A stretch of 46,730 nt of DNA, taken from Candidatus Zambryskibacteria bacterium RIFCSPLOWO2_12_FULL_39_16. GTDB lineage: Bacteria > Patescibacteriota > Minisyncoccia > Phycocordibacterales > WO2-35-19. Positions 1-9,464 of this stretch are shown here, in pieces; position 1 is the first letter of the stretch; every line of letters starts with the position of its first letter. Both the position numbers and the translations under genes were made by a program. The stretch lies in the NCBI GenBank assembly GCA_001824215.1, contig MHWS01000022.1:1-46730 (forward strand), given 5' to 3'. The notes under the pieces were generated by a model, which saw only the letters and a list, made by a program, of their open reading frames with translations, did not search any database and was not told where the DNA came from.

Positions 1-28
1 GGTTTTCTTTCACTATAAATTATTCTTA

Positions 29-37
29 TGATAATAT
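29..37 (+). promoter_or_regulatory. extended -10 box TGATAATAT, 6 nt upstream of ATG 44
   Basis: Read from the sequence. Part of the recurrent TGnTAnnAT-N6-10-start pattern. Confidence 0.35.
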
Positions 38-43
38 ATCCCT

Positions 44-223
44 ATGCACAAGAATAATTTTTGTATTTCATTTGGAGTTTGGATTGCAATTTTGCCATTT
101 CTTGGTATCCCAGGGACGTGGAAAAGCACCCTCATTTTTATTTCAGGTATATTTTTGATATTGATTTCTCTTGGTCCAATTATCCTTAAAAAATTGCAGA
201 CAAAAGCAGAAAAAGAAATATGA
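44..223 (+). CDS. small hydrophobic membrane protein (59 aa, just below the ORF-track size cutoff)
   Basis: ATG at 44. TGA stop at 221-223 overlaps the ATG at 220 of the next gene (ATGA coupling). Translation MHKNNFCISFGVWIAILPFLGIPGTWKSTLIFISGIFLILISLGPIILKKLQTKAEKEI shows two hydrophobic helices. Confidence 0.45.
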   Translation: MHKNNFCISFGVWIAILPFLGIPGTWKSTLIFISGIFLILISLGPIILKKLQTKAEKEI

Positions 224-1446
224 GAAAAATAGGCAGGGTTAGCGGTATTTTTATTGGAAGTACTATTTTAGTTTTTTTTATTTCCTCTTTTGTTTTTTCT
301 TCAGAAATTTCTTATAACAATGATTATTTTCTATCTCAGCCTGAAACCGTAAAGAAAAAAGAAGTAAAGCATTTGAAAACTCCGGAGCCACTAAAAGGAG
401 TTTACATGACTCAATGTGTTGCCGGGACTCCTAGTTTCAGGGATAAGGTGGTAAAGCTTATTGACGAAACAGAAATCAACTCTGTGGTAATTGATGTAAA
501 AGATTATAGCGGCACTGTTTCTTTTGTTACCGGAAACAAAAATATTGATTCTTTGGCAAGTCTGTCAGTTGGCGGAGGATGCAAAGTTTCCGATATGGAG
601 GAATTTGTAGAAAGCTTACACAATAAAAATATTTACGTCATAGGCAGAGTAACAGTCTTTCAGGATCCTGTTTATGTAAAAGCTCATCCAGAATTGGCGG
701 TTAAAAGAAAAAGCGACGGAGGTATTTGGAAAGACAAAAAAGGGATTTCTTACATAGATGTTGGTGGGGAGTCTTTTTGGAATTATATAACCGCTATAGC
801 TACTTCCTCTTACGCCGTGGGCTTTGATGAAATAAATTTTGATTATATCCGCTATCCTTCCGATGGAGATATGGAAGATATTTACTTCTCTCAAACCGGG
901 ACAACCACAAAGAGAGAGATGCTCAAACATTTTTTTGAATATGTTGATAAAAATCTTTCTGATACTGGAATCGTAACATCGGCAGATCTTTTTGGCATGA
1001 CTACTACTAATACCGATGATCTTGGCATAGGTCAAGTCTTGGAATACGCCCTTATGAATTTTGATTATGTTTCCCCGATGGTTTATCCGTCTCATTATCC
1101 GCCTGCTTTCAATGGTTGGCCTGACCCAAACAAAGTGCCGTATGAAATAGTAAAATTTAGCATGGACGCTGCGGTTGCCAGAAATAAGTTTTTATATTCC
1201 GAGATTGCTACGAGTACTATCATAATTGACGAGCAAGTCGTAAGCTCTACCCCAGATATTGGCCTTATGAAGCGTATAAACCCTCTACAATTGCGTCCTT
1301 GGCTTCAGGATAACGATTATCCTGTTCATTACACAGCTGAGATGGTACGCAAGCAGATACAAGCTACTTATGATGCCGGATTATCAAGTTGGATGCTCTG
1401 GGATCCTGGGAATACATATACCAAAGAAGCGTTATTGGTGGAATAA
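220..1446 (+). CDS. membrane-anchored putative glycoside-hydrolase-like TIM-barrel protein (COG1306 / DUF4015-like)
   Basis: N-terminal hydrophobic anchor. Motifs GVYMT, INFDYIRYPSDGD and PWLQD recalled from the GHL/DUF4015 family. Assignment from memory of the family, not a search. Confidence 0.65.
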   Translation: MRKIGRVSGIFIGSTILVFFISSFVFSSEISYNNDYFLSQPETVKKKEVKHLKTPEPLKGVYMTQCVAGTPSFRDKVVKLIDETEINSVVIDVKDYSGTVSFVTGNKNIDSLASLSVGGGCKVSDMEEFVESLHNKNIYVIGRVTVFQDPVYVKAHPELAVKRKSDGGIWKDKKGISYIDVGGESFWNYITAIATSSYAVGFDEINFDYIRYPSDGDMEDIYFSQTGTTTKREMLKHFFEYVDKNLSDTGIVTSADLFGMTTTNTDDLGIGQVLEYALMNFDYVSPMVYPSHYPPAFNGWPDPNKVPYEIVKFSMDAAVARNKFLYSEIATSTIIIDEQVVSSTPDIGLMKRINPLQLRPWLQDNDYPVHYTAEMVRKQIQATYDAGLSSWMLWDPGNTYTKEALLVE

Positions 1447-1448
1447 AG

Positions 1449-1457
1449 TGTTATAAT
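1449..1457 (+). promoter_or_regulatory. extended -10 box TGTTATAAT, 7 nt upstream of ATG 1465
   Basis: Read from the sequence. No Shine-Dalgarno sequence lies between the box and the ATG. Confidence 0.45.
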
Positions 1458-1464
1458 TCATACA

Positions 1465-3279
1465 ATGAGTAATGAAGAAAAAATAACCTATTTTGCTGAA
1501 ACTGATGCGCGCAGTAAGCGAGTGAAGTTTGGTATTAAGGCGGAAGATAGGTTGAGACACATTTATTCTATCGGGAAAACAGGTATGGGTAAATCAACTA
1601 TGCTTGAAAATATGGCCATTCAAGACATTCAAAATGGGGAAGGTCTAGCTTTTCTAGATCCCCACGGTAAGACAGCCGACCTTTTGCTTGATTATGTTCC
1701 AGAGCATCGCATAAAAGATGTCATATATTTCGCCCCTTTTGATACCGAATTTCCTATTTCTTTTAATGTAATGGAAGATGTCGGTCCCAACAGAAGACAT
1801 CTGGTGGTTTCGGGGTTGATGAGCGCTTTTGAAAAAATCTGGGAAGATCAATGGTCATCCAGAATGGCTTATATTCTACAAAATACCCTAGCTGCTCTTT
1901 TAGAATATCCAGGAGCGACAATGCTCGGCATAAACAGAATGCTTACGGATAAAATTTATCGGAGCAAAGTGGTTAATAATGTAAAGGACCCAACCACCAA
2001 AGCATTTTGGACCGAAGAATTTGCCAAATATACAGAAAGATTTGCCGCTGAAGCTACCCCAGCCATCCAGAACAAAGTTGGCCAATTTGTTTCCAATCCG
2101 CTCATTAGAAATATTATCGGTCAGCCCAGATCTTCTTTTGATGTAAGGAAGATAATGGATGAGAAGAAAATTTTGATAGTGAATCTATCAAAAGGATTGG
2201 TGGGCGAAGGCAACGCCAATCTTTTAGGGGCGATGCTGGTCACTAAAATATATTTGGCAGCTATGTCTCGAGCCGATGTCTCTCCACAAGAACTTATAAA
2301 ACTACCTAATTTTTATCTGTATGTTGATGAATTTCAATCTTTTGCCAACAAAAGTTTTGCCGATATTTTATCCGAGGCCAGAAAATATAAATTAAGCCTA
2401 AATATTACTCATCAATATATCGAACAGATGGCCGAAGAGGTGAGGGCGGCAGTTTTTGGCAACGTGGGAACCATGATAACTTTTCGGGTTGGTTCTTATG
2501 ATGCGGAAATTTTAGAAAAAGAATTCGCCCCGGTCTTTACCATGGAAGACATTGTTAATCTGGGTTTGTATCAGGTTTATTTAAAATTGATGATAGATGG
2601 TGTGGCTTCTCAGCCTTTCTCGGCGGTAGGATTGTCGCCGTTTCCAAAACCCGAGGTCTCCTTCAGAGACAAAGTAATGGAAATGTCCAGGAAAAATTAT
2701 GCTAATCCAAAAATTGAGGTGGAAAAAGTTATAAGTGAATGGCACTTGCAGGAACAAAAGAGTGAATCTGGTGGTATGAATCATGAACCAAGGAAAAAGA
2801 AGGTAGAACATAAAAAAGAAGTTGAACCAGAACAAAAAATAGAACCAAAATTTGAACGAACCAAATTATCGGAAAAAAATGTACCATTACGCTTTGAATC
2901 GCGAAGCCAGTCGGGTGAGGGGCACAAAGAAGTTCATAAAGAATTTCAAAATCAGACATCCAAAAATATTTTGGCAAAAGCTATAGAAGAAGCTGTCAAA
3001 GCAAAAGAGACAAAAAATGAAATCAAGATAGAAGAAAAAAAACCCGTCCGGCTGAACGATGTTAGTCGTTCGGGCGGGGAAACTGTATCATTACAAGAGT
3101 TAAGACATGGGGAGAAAAATAAAAATAAAGAACCGTCGCCTGAACATATAAATGCTCTAAAAGAAGCACTTGAAAAAGCAAAGAATTTAGAGATCAAAAG
3201 TGAAGTCAAAGAGAAAAAGGATGAAAAAAAGAAAGAAGTACCCGAAGAAGTTCTTAGGAAAATCCTAAAGGGAGAGTAA
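1465..3279 (+). CDS. TraD/VirD4 (type IV coupling protein)-like P-loop ATPase with a long K/E-rich C-terminal tail and no TM segment
   Basis: Walker A GKTGMGKST, Walker B YLYVDEFQSF and T4CP-like ITHQYIEQM. The last ~200 aa are lysine/glutamate low complexity. Confidence 0.7.
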   Translation: MSNEEKITYFAETDARSKRVKFGIKAEDRLRHIYSIGKTGMGKSTMLENMAIQDIQNGEGLAFLDPHGKTADLLLDYVPEHRIKDVIYFAPFDTEFPISFNVMEDVGPNRRHLVVSGLMSAFEKIWEDQWSSRMAYILQNTLAALLEYPGATMLGINRMLTDKIYRSKVVNNVKDPTTKAFWTEEFAKYTERFAAEATPAIQNKVGQFVSNPLIRNIIGQPRSSFDVRKIMDEKKILIVNLSKGLVGEGNANLLGAMLVTKIYLAAMSRADVSPQELIKLPNFYLYVDEFQSFANKSFADILSEARKYKLSLNITHQYIEQMAEEVRAAVFGNVGTMITFRVGSYDAEILEKEFAPVFTMEDIVNLGLYQVYLKLMIDGVASQPFSAVGLSPFPKPEVSFRDKVMEMSRKNYANPKIEVEKVISEWHLQEQKSESGGMNHEPRKKKVEHKKEVEPEQKIEPKFERTKLSEKNVPLRFESRSQSGEGHKEVHKEFQNQTSKNILAKAIEEAVKAKETKNEIKIEEKKPVRLNDVSRSGGETVSLQELRHGEKNKNKEPSPEHINALKEALEKAKNLEIKSEVKEKKDEKKKEVPEEVLRKILKGE

Positions 3280-3319
3280 CATACCTATTGGCGGGTATGT
3301 GGCTCAAATATTGGATTTT

Positions 3320-3328
3320 TGATACCAT
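3320..3328 (+). promoter_or_regulatory. extended -10 box TGATACCAT, 6 nt upstream of GTG 3335
   Basis: Read from the sequence. The intervening AGGAGA abuts the start codon and so is badly spaced for a Shine-Dalgarno sequence. Confidence 0.35.
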
Positions 3329-3334
3329 AGGAGA

Positions 3335-4525
3335 GTGGAAAAATCAAGAAAAATACTCATATTTTCAACCGCATACTATCCATTTGTTGGGGGGGCAGAG
3401 GTGGCTGTCAAAGAAATTACAGACAGGGTTTCTAGTGTAGAATTTGACTTAATTACGGCAAGATTCAAAAGAGATTTACCAAAATTTCAAAGAATAGGAA
3501 ATATAAATGTTTACCGAATTGGTCTAAGTGTTTCAATTTTGGATAAATTACTGTTACCTTTTTGGGGAGCGATATTAGCTCTAAATTTGAATAGAAAAAC
3601 CCACTACGATTTTTTTTGGTGCATCATGGCAACTTTTGGGAGTGGGGCAGCCTATATTGTAAATCTGATACATTTTTGGGAACAGACATCTATAATACTG
3701 ACTTTGCAGGAGGGTGACTCGGAAGAGCATTTTAAAACTCGTTGGTTTGGACTCATAAATTTATCTTGGCGTTTGGCTTTAAAAAATACAAATATTTTGA
3801 CTACAATAAGTTCATATTTGGGGAATAGAGCTAAAAGATTGGGATATAAAGGAGAGATAAAAATAATTCCAAACGGTGTTGATGTTAAAAGATTTGATAT
3901 TAATCAGTCTCAAGATGAAAGATTAAAAATAAGAAAAGGGTTGGGTTTGGAAGAAAAAGACATAGCTCTCATTACCACTTCACGTTTAACTCTAAAAAAT
4001 GGAGTAGGGGATGTTATAAAAGCCTTACCAAATTTACCGGGAAATACTAAATTTATTATTTTTGGTGAAGGACATCTTGATAAAGGATTGAGGAAACTTG
4101 CTAAAGATTTGAAAGTTTCAGAGAGGGTAATTTTTAGAGGACATGTTTCCCATTCAGAGATGCCAAAATATCTAAAAGCTTGTGATATTTTTATTCGCCC
4201 TTCTTTGTCCGAAGGTATGGGTAATTCTTTTATAGAAGCAATGGCTGCTAAATTGCCAGTCGTCGCTACGCCTGTTGGTGGTATCACTGACTTTGTTTTT
4301 GAAGCTAGCCCGAATAGCGAAGTCGGGCGGGGTCAAACAGGTTATTTTTGTAAGCCTGAGAATCCTAAAAGTGTTGTTGAAACAGTAAAGAGGGTTATAT
4401 CTGATAATCAAAAAAATGAGATAATAGAAAATGCTTACAAAATGGTAAAAGAAAAATATGACTGGGATATTGTCGCCTCGCAGATGAAAGAGGTTTTTGA
4501 TAAAATAAAAAAAATATCTATATGA
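3335..4525 (+). CDS. glycosyltransferase family 4 (GT-B)
   Basis: GTG start. N-terminal KILIFSTAYYPFVGGAEV and C-terminal EGMGNSFIEAMAAKLPVVATPVGG (the E-x7-E region typical of GT4). Confidence 0.85.
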   Translation: MEKSRKILIFSTAYYPFVGGAEVAVKEITDRVSSVEFDLITARFKRDLPKFQRIGNINVYRIGLSVSILDKLLLPFWGAILALNLNRKTHYDFFWCIMATFGSGAAYIVNLIHFWEQTSIILTLQEGDSEEHFKTRWFGLINLSWRLALKNTNILTTISSYLGNRAKRLGYKGEIKIIPNGVDVKRFDINQSQDERLKIRKGLGLEEKDIALITTSRLTLKNGVGDVIKALPNLPGNTKFIIFGEGHLDKGLRKLAKDLKVSERVIFRGHVSHSEMPKYLKACDIFIRPSLSEGMGNSFIEAMAAKLPVVATPVGGITDFVFEASPNSEVGRGQTGYFCKPENPKSVVETVKRVISDNQKNEIIENAYKMVKEKYDWDIVASQMKEVFDKIKKISI

Positions 4526-5160
4526 AGCAAGTTCCATCAAGCTACCATTTCAGTAAAAAATATGCATCAATAGAGAGATTCATTTCTTATTTCTATCAAG
4601 TTCATTCTGTATATAATCTTAATCCCAAAAAGATTTTATTTATTGGTGTGGGTGATGGAGTAGTGCCGCATCTTTTAAAACGGGGTGGAGAATATGAAGT
4701 GACAACTTTGGATTTTGATCCTGGCCTTAATCCGGATGTTGTCGCTGATATAAGATCTTTGCCTTTCGGCGATAAATCGTTTGATTTAGTATGTGTCTTT
4801 GAAGTTTTGGAACATATACCTTATGAAGATGTTAATCCCGCTTTGAGAGAAATTATTCGGGTTTCCAAAAAAAATGTTGTTATATCGTTGCCGCATCGTC
4901 GAACGGGTTTTGAAATAGTATTTAAGTTTCCTTTTATTCGGTCTCTATTGAAAAAAGATTTTTTGATATTTAGTATCCGTTTTCCCATACGTTTTTTCGG
5001 TTTTGCTGTCTCGAAGCAGCATTATTGGGAGATTGATAATGGTCACACTATAAGTTTAGGTAAGTTTAGGTCAGATCTTCTCAAAAATTTCAAAATAATT
5101 AAAGAGTCAACTCCGGTGTTAGACTTTTATAGAAGATTTTTCTTTCTTGAAATCATCTAA
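4522..5160 (+). CDS. class I SAM-dependent methyltransferase
   Basis: Motif I ILFIGVGDGVV, followed by FDLVCVFEVLEHI. ATGA overlap with the upstream GT. Confidence 0.75.
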   Translation: MKQVPSSYHFSKKYASIERFISYFYQVHSVYNLNPKKILFIGVGDGVVPHLLKRGGEYEVTTLDFDPGLNPDVVADIRSLPFGDKSFDLVCVFEVLEHIPYEDVNPALREIIRVSKKNVVISLPHRRTGFEIVFKFPFIRSLLKKDFLIFSIRFPIRFFGFAVSKQHYWEIDNGHTISLGKFRSDLLKNFKIIKESTPVLDFYRRFFFLEII

Positions 5161-5166
5161 AAAAAG

Positions 5167-5194
5167 TTGCCAAAAACGATAAAAATCATATAAT
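5167..5194 (+). promoter_or_regulatory. sigma70-like promoter TTGCCA-16 nt-TATAAT, with the -10 box 7 nt upstream of ATG 5202
   Basis: Both hexamers and the spacing were read from the sequence. Confidence 0.5.
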
Positions 5195-5201
5195 TAAGGG
5201 C

Positions 5202-6125
5202 ATGAAAATCGTTATTATAGGCTATGGTTGGGTGGGCCAAGCAAACGCTCTCGCTTTGACCTTAATGGGAGAAAAGGTCTATTATTATGATATACAGGCC
5301 TATAAACCCCATTATTCAAGCAGATACTCGGCTGTATATGGCAGAGTCACCTCGTTATCTTCTCCACTAGGACAAGACTCGGAAAATACTTGTTATCTTG
5401 TATGTGTAGGAGATAGGACATTGCCAAGCGGCCAGCAGGATATATCCGCCATAAAATCCGCTCTTACTTCTCTTTCTGAAACAAAAGGTACTGTAATATT
5501 GCGCTCAACCGTTTTACCAGAAAGTCTAAAATCTTTGAAATTTGATTTTTATATTCCAGAATTTTTGCATGAAAAAAAAGCAGTGGAAGAATGTATAGAA
5601 CCTCATTTTTTTGTTATTGGCGAAAGAATAAAGGATTCTAAACAGCCCCCATTTTTTAAAAAATGGAGCAGATCTGCTCACAAGGTATTTAGAGGTACTC
5701 CAGAAGAAGCCTCATATATTAAATATCTTTCCAATATATGGAATGCTACTCAAATAGCTTTTGTAAACGAATTTGGAGACTCAATAAAAAAACCAGCAAC
5801 ACGGGAAGATGTTGATGCCAGTAAAAAAATTATAGATTTTGTCTTAGGCGGAGGGTCATATGTGCGTTACGGCAAATCTTTCGGGGGGCATTGTCTGCCC
5901 AAAGATATTTCAGCTTTTATCTATAAACAGAAACAAAAAGGATTTGAGGCATCTATTATATCTGGTATTAAGGAATCTAATGGTCTTCATGAACAATTAC
6001 AGAAAACGCACAATGTTTTACCGGAATGGTATTCGGAGTGGCAACTTCCGGAGATTTCTTTGGTAACCAGTCTAAAAATCATAGCAAGGATTTTATATCG
6101 CAAGATTTTCTATTTGTTTAAGTAA
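5202..6125 (+). CDS. UDP-glucose/GDP-mannose dehydrogenase family protein that appears to lack the C-terminal nucleotide-sugar-binding domain
   Basis: Rossmann motif KIVIIGYGWVGQANA. Central-domain YIKYLSNIWNATQIAFVNEF. Catalytic-Cys motif FGGHCLPKD about 75 aa from the C-terminus. Total length is only 307 aa. Confidence 0.6.
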   Translation: MKIVIIGYGWVGQANALALTLMGEKVYYYDIQAYKPHYSSRYSAVYGRVTSLSSPLGQDSENTCYLVCVGDRTLPSGQQDISAIKSALTSLSETKGTVILRSTVLPESLKSLKFDFYIPEFLHEKKAVEECIEPHFFVIGERIKDSKQPPFFKKWSRSAHKVFRGTPEEASYIKYLSNIWNATQIAFVNEFGDSIKKPATREDVDASKKIIDFVLGGGSYVRYGKSFGGHCLPKDISAFIYKQKQKGFEASIISGIKESNGLHEQLQKTHNVLPEWYSEWQLPEISLVTSLKIIARILYRKIFYLFK

Positions 6126-6142
6126 TCTATAAAGATGTTTTT

Positions 6143-7303
6143 ATGAAAATATGCATGTATTGTCCTATATTTCCTCCGGCTATTGGAGGGCCATCCACTC
6201 AAGCTTTCAATTTGTGCAAAGCTCTTGTCGCTAAGGGAAAGACTCCGTTTGTTATTACCTATGGCAAAAATTTCAGCATGAAGGAGGATGATGGTTTTAA
6301 AGTTTATACATTTAGGCTTCAGTATACCTACACTCCGATTGATAAAGTATTAAGGTGGTTTATCTTCCCTTTCTATATTGTATATATGTTGAAGAAGGAA
6401 AGATCTGAAATACTGCATTGTCATAGCGTAAGCGTCCTCACTTTTATCTCTGCTTTTGTAGCAAAAATAATGGGTATTCCTAGAGTATTGAAATTTGCCG
6501 GAGATTGGGTCTGGGAGACTCTTTCTACCAATAAACTACAAGCTAAAAATTTTGAAGAAATATACAAAAAATCATTAACTGCCCGTTTTATGACATGGAT
6601 AGAAAAAATGGGACTAAATCTCTTTGATAAAATATGGGTTGTCTCTGAATTTAGAAGAGGGAATATAAAGTCGCTCCTCGGTAGTGATGATAAGGTTATA
6701 ATTATCAATAATTGCCTTCTGCTTAAGGGTGGAGGCGCTCGGACTTGGAAAAAAGATGATCCTGTTATTGTTGTATCCGCAAACAGATTTATACCTCACA
6801 AGAGGCTTGCATTTATGGTGCAATTGTTTGCTGAGATGAATATATCAAATAGCCACCTCACCTTAATTGGTGGTGGAGATCCAAAAGAAATAGAGATTGT
6901 TAAGGAGGCTATAAAAAAGTTTAAAGTTGAAGATAAGATTGAAATTCTTGGGATATTACCAATAGAAGAGGTTTATGAACGTTTTTCAAAAGCTTCTTTT
7001 TATATATCTACCTCCATTGAGGAGGGATTTCCAAATGTTTTTATCGAGGCGATGCATTATGGCTTGCCAGTCATCGCTACTGATGAAGGCGGGTCAAAAG
7101 AGCTGGTCCTTGATAAGGAAACTGGCTATATGTTTGTGCCGGCCAATCACCAGAGGGTACTCGAAGCTATGCGTCGTTTGGCTACTGATATTCCGCTTCG
7201 TACCCAAATGTCCACAAAAGCATTTGAACGTTCCAAACTTTTTAATCTTGAATACAAAGTAGGAGAGTTTATTACTATGTACAATAATTTATTATCAGAA
7301 TGA
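6143..7303 (+). CDS. glycosyltransferase family 4
   Basis: EEGFPNVFIEAMHYGLPVIATDEGGSKELV motif. N-terminal GGPSTQ sugar-donor loop. Confidence 0.85.
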   Translation: MKICMYCPIFPPAIGGPSTQAFNLCKALVAKGKTPFVITYGKNFSMKEDDGFKVYTFRLQYTYTPIDKVLRWFIFPFYIVYMLKKERSEILHCHSVSVLTFISAFVAKIMGIPRVLKFAGDWVWETLSTNKLQAKNFEEIYKKSLTARFMTWIEKMGLNLFDKIWVVSEFRRGNIKSLLGSDDKVIIINNCLLLKGGGARTWKKDDPVIVVSANRFIPHKRLAFMVQLFAEMNISNSHLTLIGGGDPKEIEIVKEAIKKFKVEDKIEILGILPIEEVYERFSKASFYISTSIEEGFPNVFIEAMHYGLPVIATDEGGSKELVLDKETGYMFVPANHQRVLEAMRRLATDIPLRTQMSTKAFERSKLFNLEYKVGEFITMYNNLLSE

Positions 7304-8430
7304 ATCTTTTATCAATAACTACAGATAGAAGATTGTTTGAAGAAGACTCTAATGTGAGGCGGAGAGTTCTCGGATATAGTAAATATTTTGATAGGATGGA
7401 CATCATTGTTTTTACAAGGAAAAACTTAAAGTTAGGGTCTGACAACTTGAAACTTGCAGAAAATATTTTTATTTATCCTACAAATTCTTCTTTAAAATTA
7501 TTTTATATATATGATGCTTTTAGGATTATAAAAAAGGTTATTCATAATTCTAATTTAGTGGCTAGTAACTCTATTATTACTGCTCAAGATCCTTTTGAGA
7601 CGGGACTTGTCGGGGTATTAATCAAGTTTTTTTATAGATTTCCTCTACATGTCCAAGTTCATACCGATTTGATGCATAGATATTTTAGACAATCGTCTCT
7701 ATTAAACAGGCTCCGTTTTTTTATGGCCAAATTTATATTGAGATATGCAGATAGGGTAAGAGCAGTCTCCGAAAGAATCAAAAAATCAATTGGTCGATTT
7801 TCCAAAAATATTGATGTTTTACCCATAAAGACAGAAATTTTTGATAATCTTGGAGAGGGGGCACAAAAACCATTCCCATTTACTTTGCTTGCGGTCTGTC
7901 GTTTAGAGAAAGAAAAAAACATAGGAGCTGTTTTCAAGGTTATCAAAAATCTGAAAGAAAAAAATATAGGCCTTTGTCTGGTTGGAGACGGTTCGCAGAA
8001 ATCTAATCTTGAAAAAATGGCTAAAAATATGGGTATTTCAGACAAAGTAATTTTTACAGGATGGAAAAATAATCTGGCACCATATTATAAGATGGCAGAT
8101 GTTTTTATCTCAGCTTCTTTGTATGAAGGATATGGTATTTCGACTGTGGAAGCAGCTTATTCTGGAAAACCTTTGATTCTTTCGGAGACTGGAACAGCGC
8201 GAGAAATTTTTAGAGAAAACGAATCTGCTTTTATATGTGATGCCAAAGATTTGACCTGTTTTACTCAAGGTATTTTGAAAATTTATAGAGACAAAAATTT
8301 AGCTGAAAACATGGGCCAATCTGCCAAAATAATTGCCCATAGACACTTAAGTTCCAAAGATAATTATTTTAGAGATTATGCGGATTCTATTATAAGGACT
8401 GCAAATAATTTGGAATTGCCAAAAAAATGA
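7300..8430 (+). CDS. glycosyltransferase family 4
   Basis: YEGYGISTVEAAYSGKPLILSETGTAREI motif. ATGA overlap with the upstream gene. Confidence 0.8.
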   Translation: MNLLSITTDRRLFEEDSNVRRRVLGYSKYFDRMDIIVFTRKNLKLGSDNLKLAENIFIYPTNSSLKLFYIYDAFRIIKKVIHNSNLVASNSIITAQDPFETGLVGVLIKFFYRFPLHVQVHTDLMHRYFRQSSLLNRLRFFMAKFILRYADRVRAVSERIKKSIGRFSKNIDVLPIKTEIFDNLGEGAQKPFPFTLLAVCRLEKEKNIGAVFKVIKNLKEKNIGLCLVGDGSQKSNLEKMAKNMGISDKVIFTGWKNNLAPYYKMADVFISASLYEGYGISTVEAAYSGKPLILSETGTAREIFRENESAFICDAKDLTCFTQGILKIYRDKNLAENMGQSAKIIAHRHLSSKDNYFRDYADSIIRTANNLELPKK

Positions 8431-9464
8431 CAAAACTTCTGATTATTACGCAAAAGGTAGATACAGAAGACCCAATTTTAGGATTTTTTCATAATTGGAT
8501 CTTGGAACTTTCAAAAAAATTTGAAAAAATTTCTGTCATTTGTCTTGAAAAGGGGAGTTTCGATTTACCCATAAATGTTAAGGTATTTTCTTTGGGCAAA
8601 GAGTCTGACGGAAGTAAAATGAAATATTTAAAAAACTTTATGAATCTCATACTGGGACTTAATAGAGAGTACGACTCTGTCTTTGTTCACATGAACCAAG
8701 AGTATGTGCTTCTAGGCGGTATTTTTTGGAAAATCATTGGTAAAAAAGTATTTATGTGGAGAAATCACTCCTACGGTAATTTATTTACTCGGATTTCTGT
8801 ATTGCTCTCCAATAAAGTCTTTTGTACTTCTAAATTTGCATTTATCGCTAAATATAAAAAAACGATTTTGATGCCGGTAGGAATAGATATAGATAAGTTT
8901 AAAAATTCAAAAGTTCATAAAGTAAAAAATTCAATACTGTTTTTGGGGAGAATGAGTCCGATAAAAAAACCTGATTTGCTTATTGAAGCGCTTTTGATTT
9001 TAGATAAAAAGAGTGTATCTTTCCAGGCGGATTTTTATGGAGACCCATTGCCTAAAGACCAAAATTATTATAATTCTCTCAAGGCCAATGTTAAAGAATT
9101 AATGTTAGAAAATAAAATAAATTTTTATAATGGAGTACCAAATTATGAGACACCAAAAATATACAATGAGCATAGTATTTTTGTAAACCTGACTCCTTCT
9201 GGAAGTTTTGATAAAACTATTTTGGAAGCAGCTGCTTGTGGTTGTTTGTTGGTAATAACGAACAAATCACTTTCCGGAGAGATTGATGAAAGAATGATAA
9301 TAAAAAATGACACTCCAGATAATGTCGCTGAAAGTATAAATTTTTGGATAAATATAAATGATGAAGAGAGAAAAGAAACTTTGGATAAACTCCAAAAATA
9401 TGTGTTAGAAAACCACAGTTTAAATGCTTTAATAGAGAAGTTATACAAAGAGATAATACAATGA
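8427..9464 (+). CDS. glycosyltransferase (GT-B, group 1-like)
   Basis: N-terminal LLIITQKVDTEDPILGFFHNW and C-terminal SGSFDKTILEAAACGCLLV. 4-nt overlap with both neighbours. Confidence 0.7.
   Translation: MTKLLIITQKVDTEDPILGFFHNWILELSKKFEKISVICLEKGSFDLPINVKVFSLGKESDGSKMKYLKNFMNLILGLNREYDSVFVHMNQEYVLLGGIFWKIIGKKVFMWRNHSYGNLFTRISVLLSNKVFCTSKFAFIAKYKKTILMPVGIDIDKFKNSKVHKVKNSILFLGRMSPIKKPDLLIEALLILDKKSVSFQADFYGDPLPKDQNYYNSLKANVKELMLENKINFYNGVPNYETPKIYNEHSIFVNLTPSGSFDKTILEAAACGCLLVITNKSLSGEIDERMIIKNDTPDNVAESINFWININDEERKETLDKLQKYVLENHSLNALIEKLYKEIIQ

Noticed and set aside
3279-3300. Hairpin ACATACC-8 nt-GGTATGT right after the TraD-like gene, considered as an intrinsic terminator
   Set aside because: No U-tract follows directly (the next bases are GGCTCAAAT). 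It could still be a weak or factor-dependent terminator, but this is not supportable from sequence.
5860-7262. Same-strand alternative-frame ORFs 5860-6066 and 6975-7262
   Set aside because: They are embedded in the Ugd-like and GT4 genes, whose frames carry the conserved motifs.
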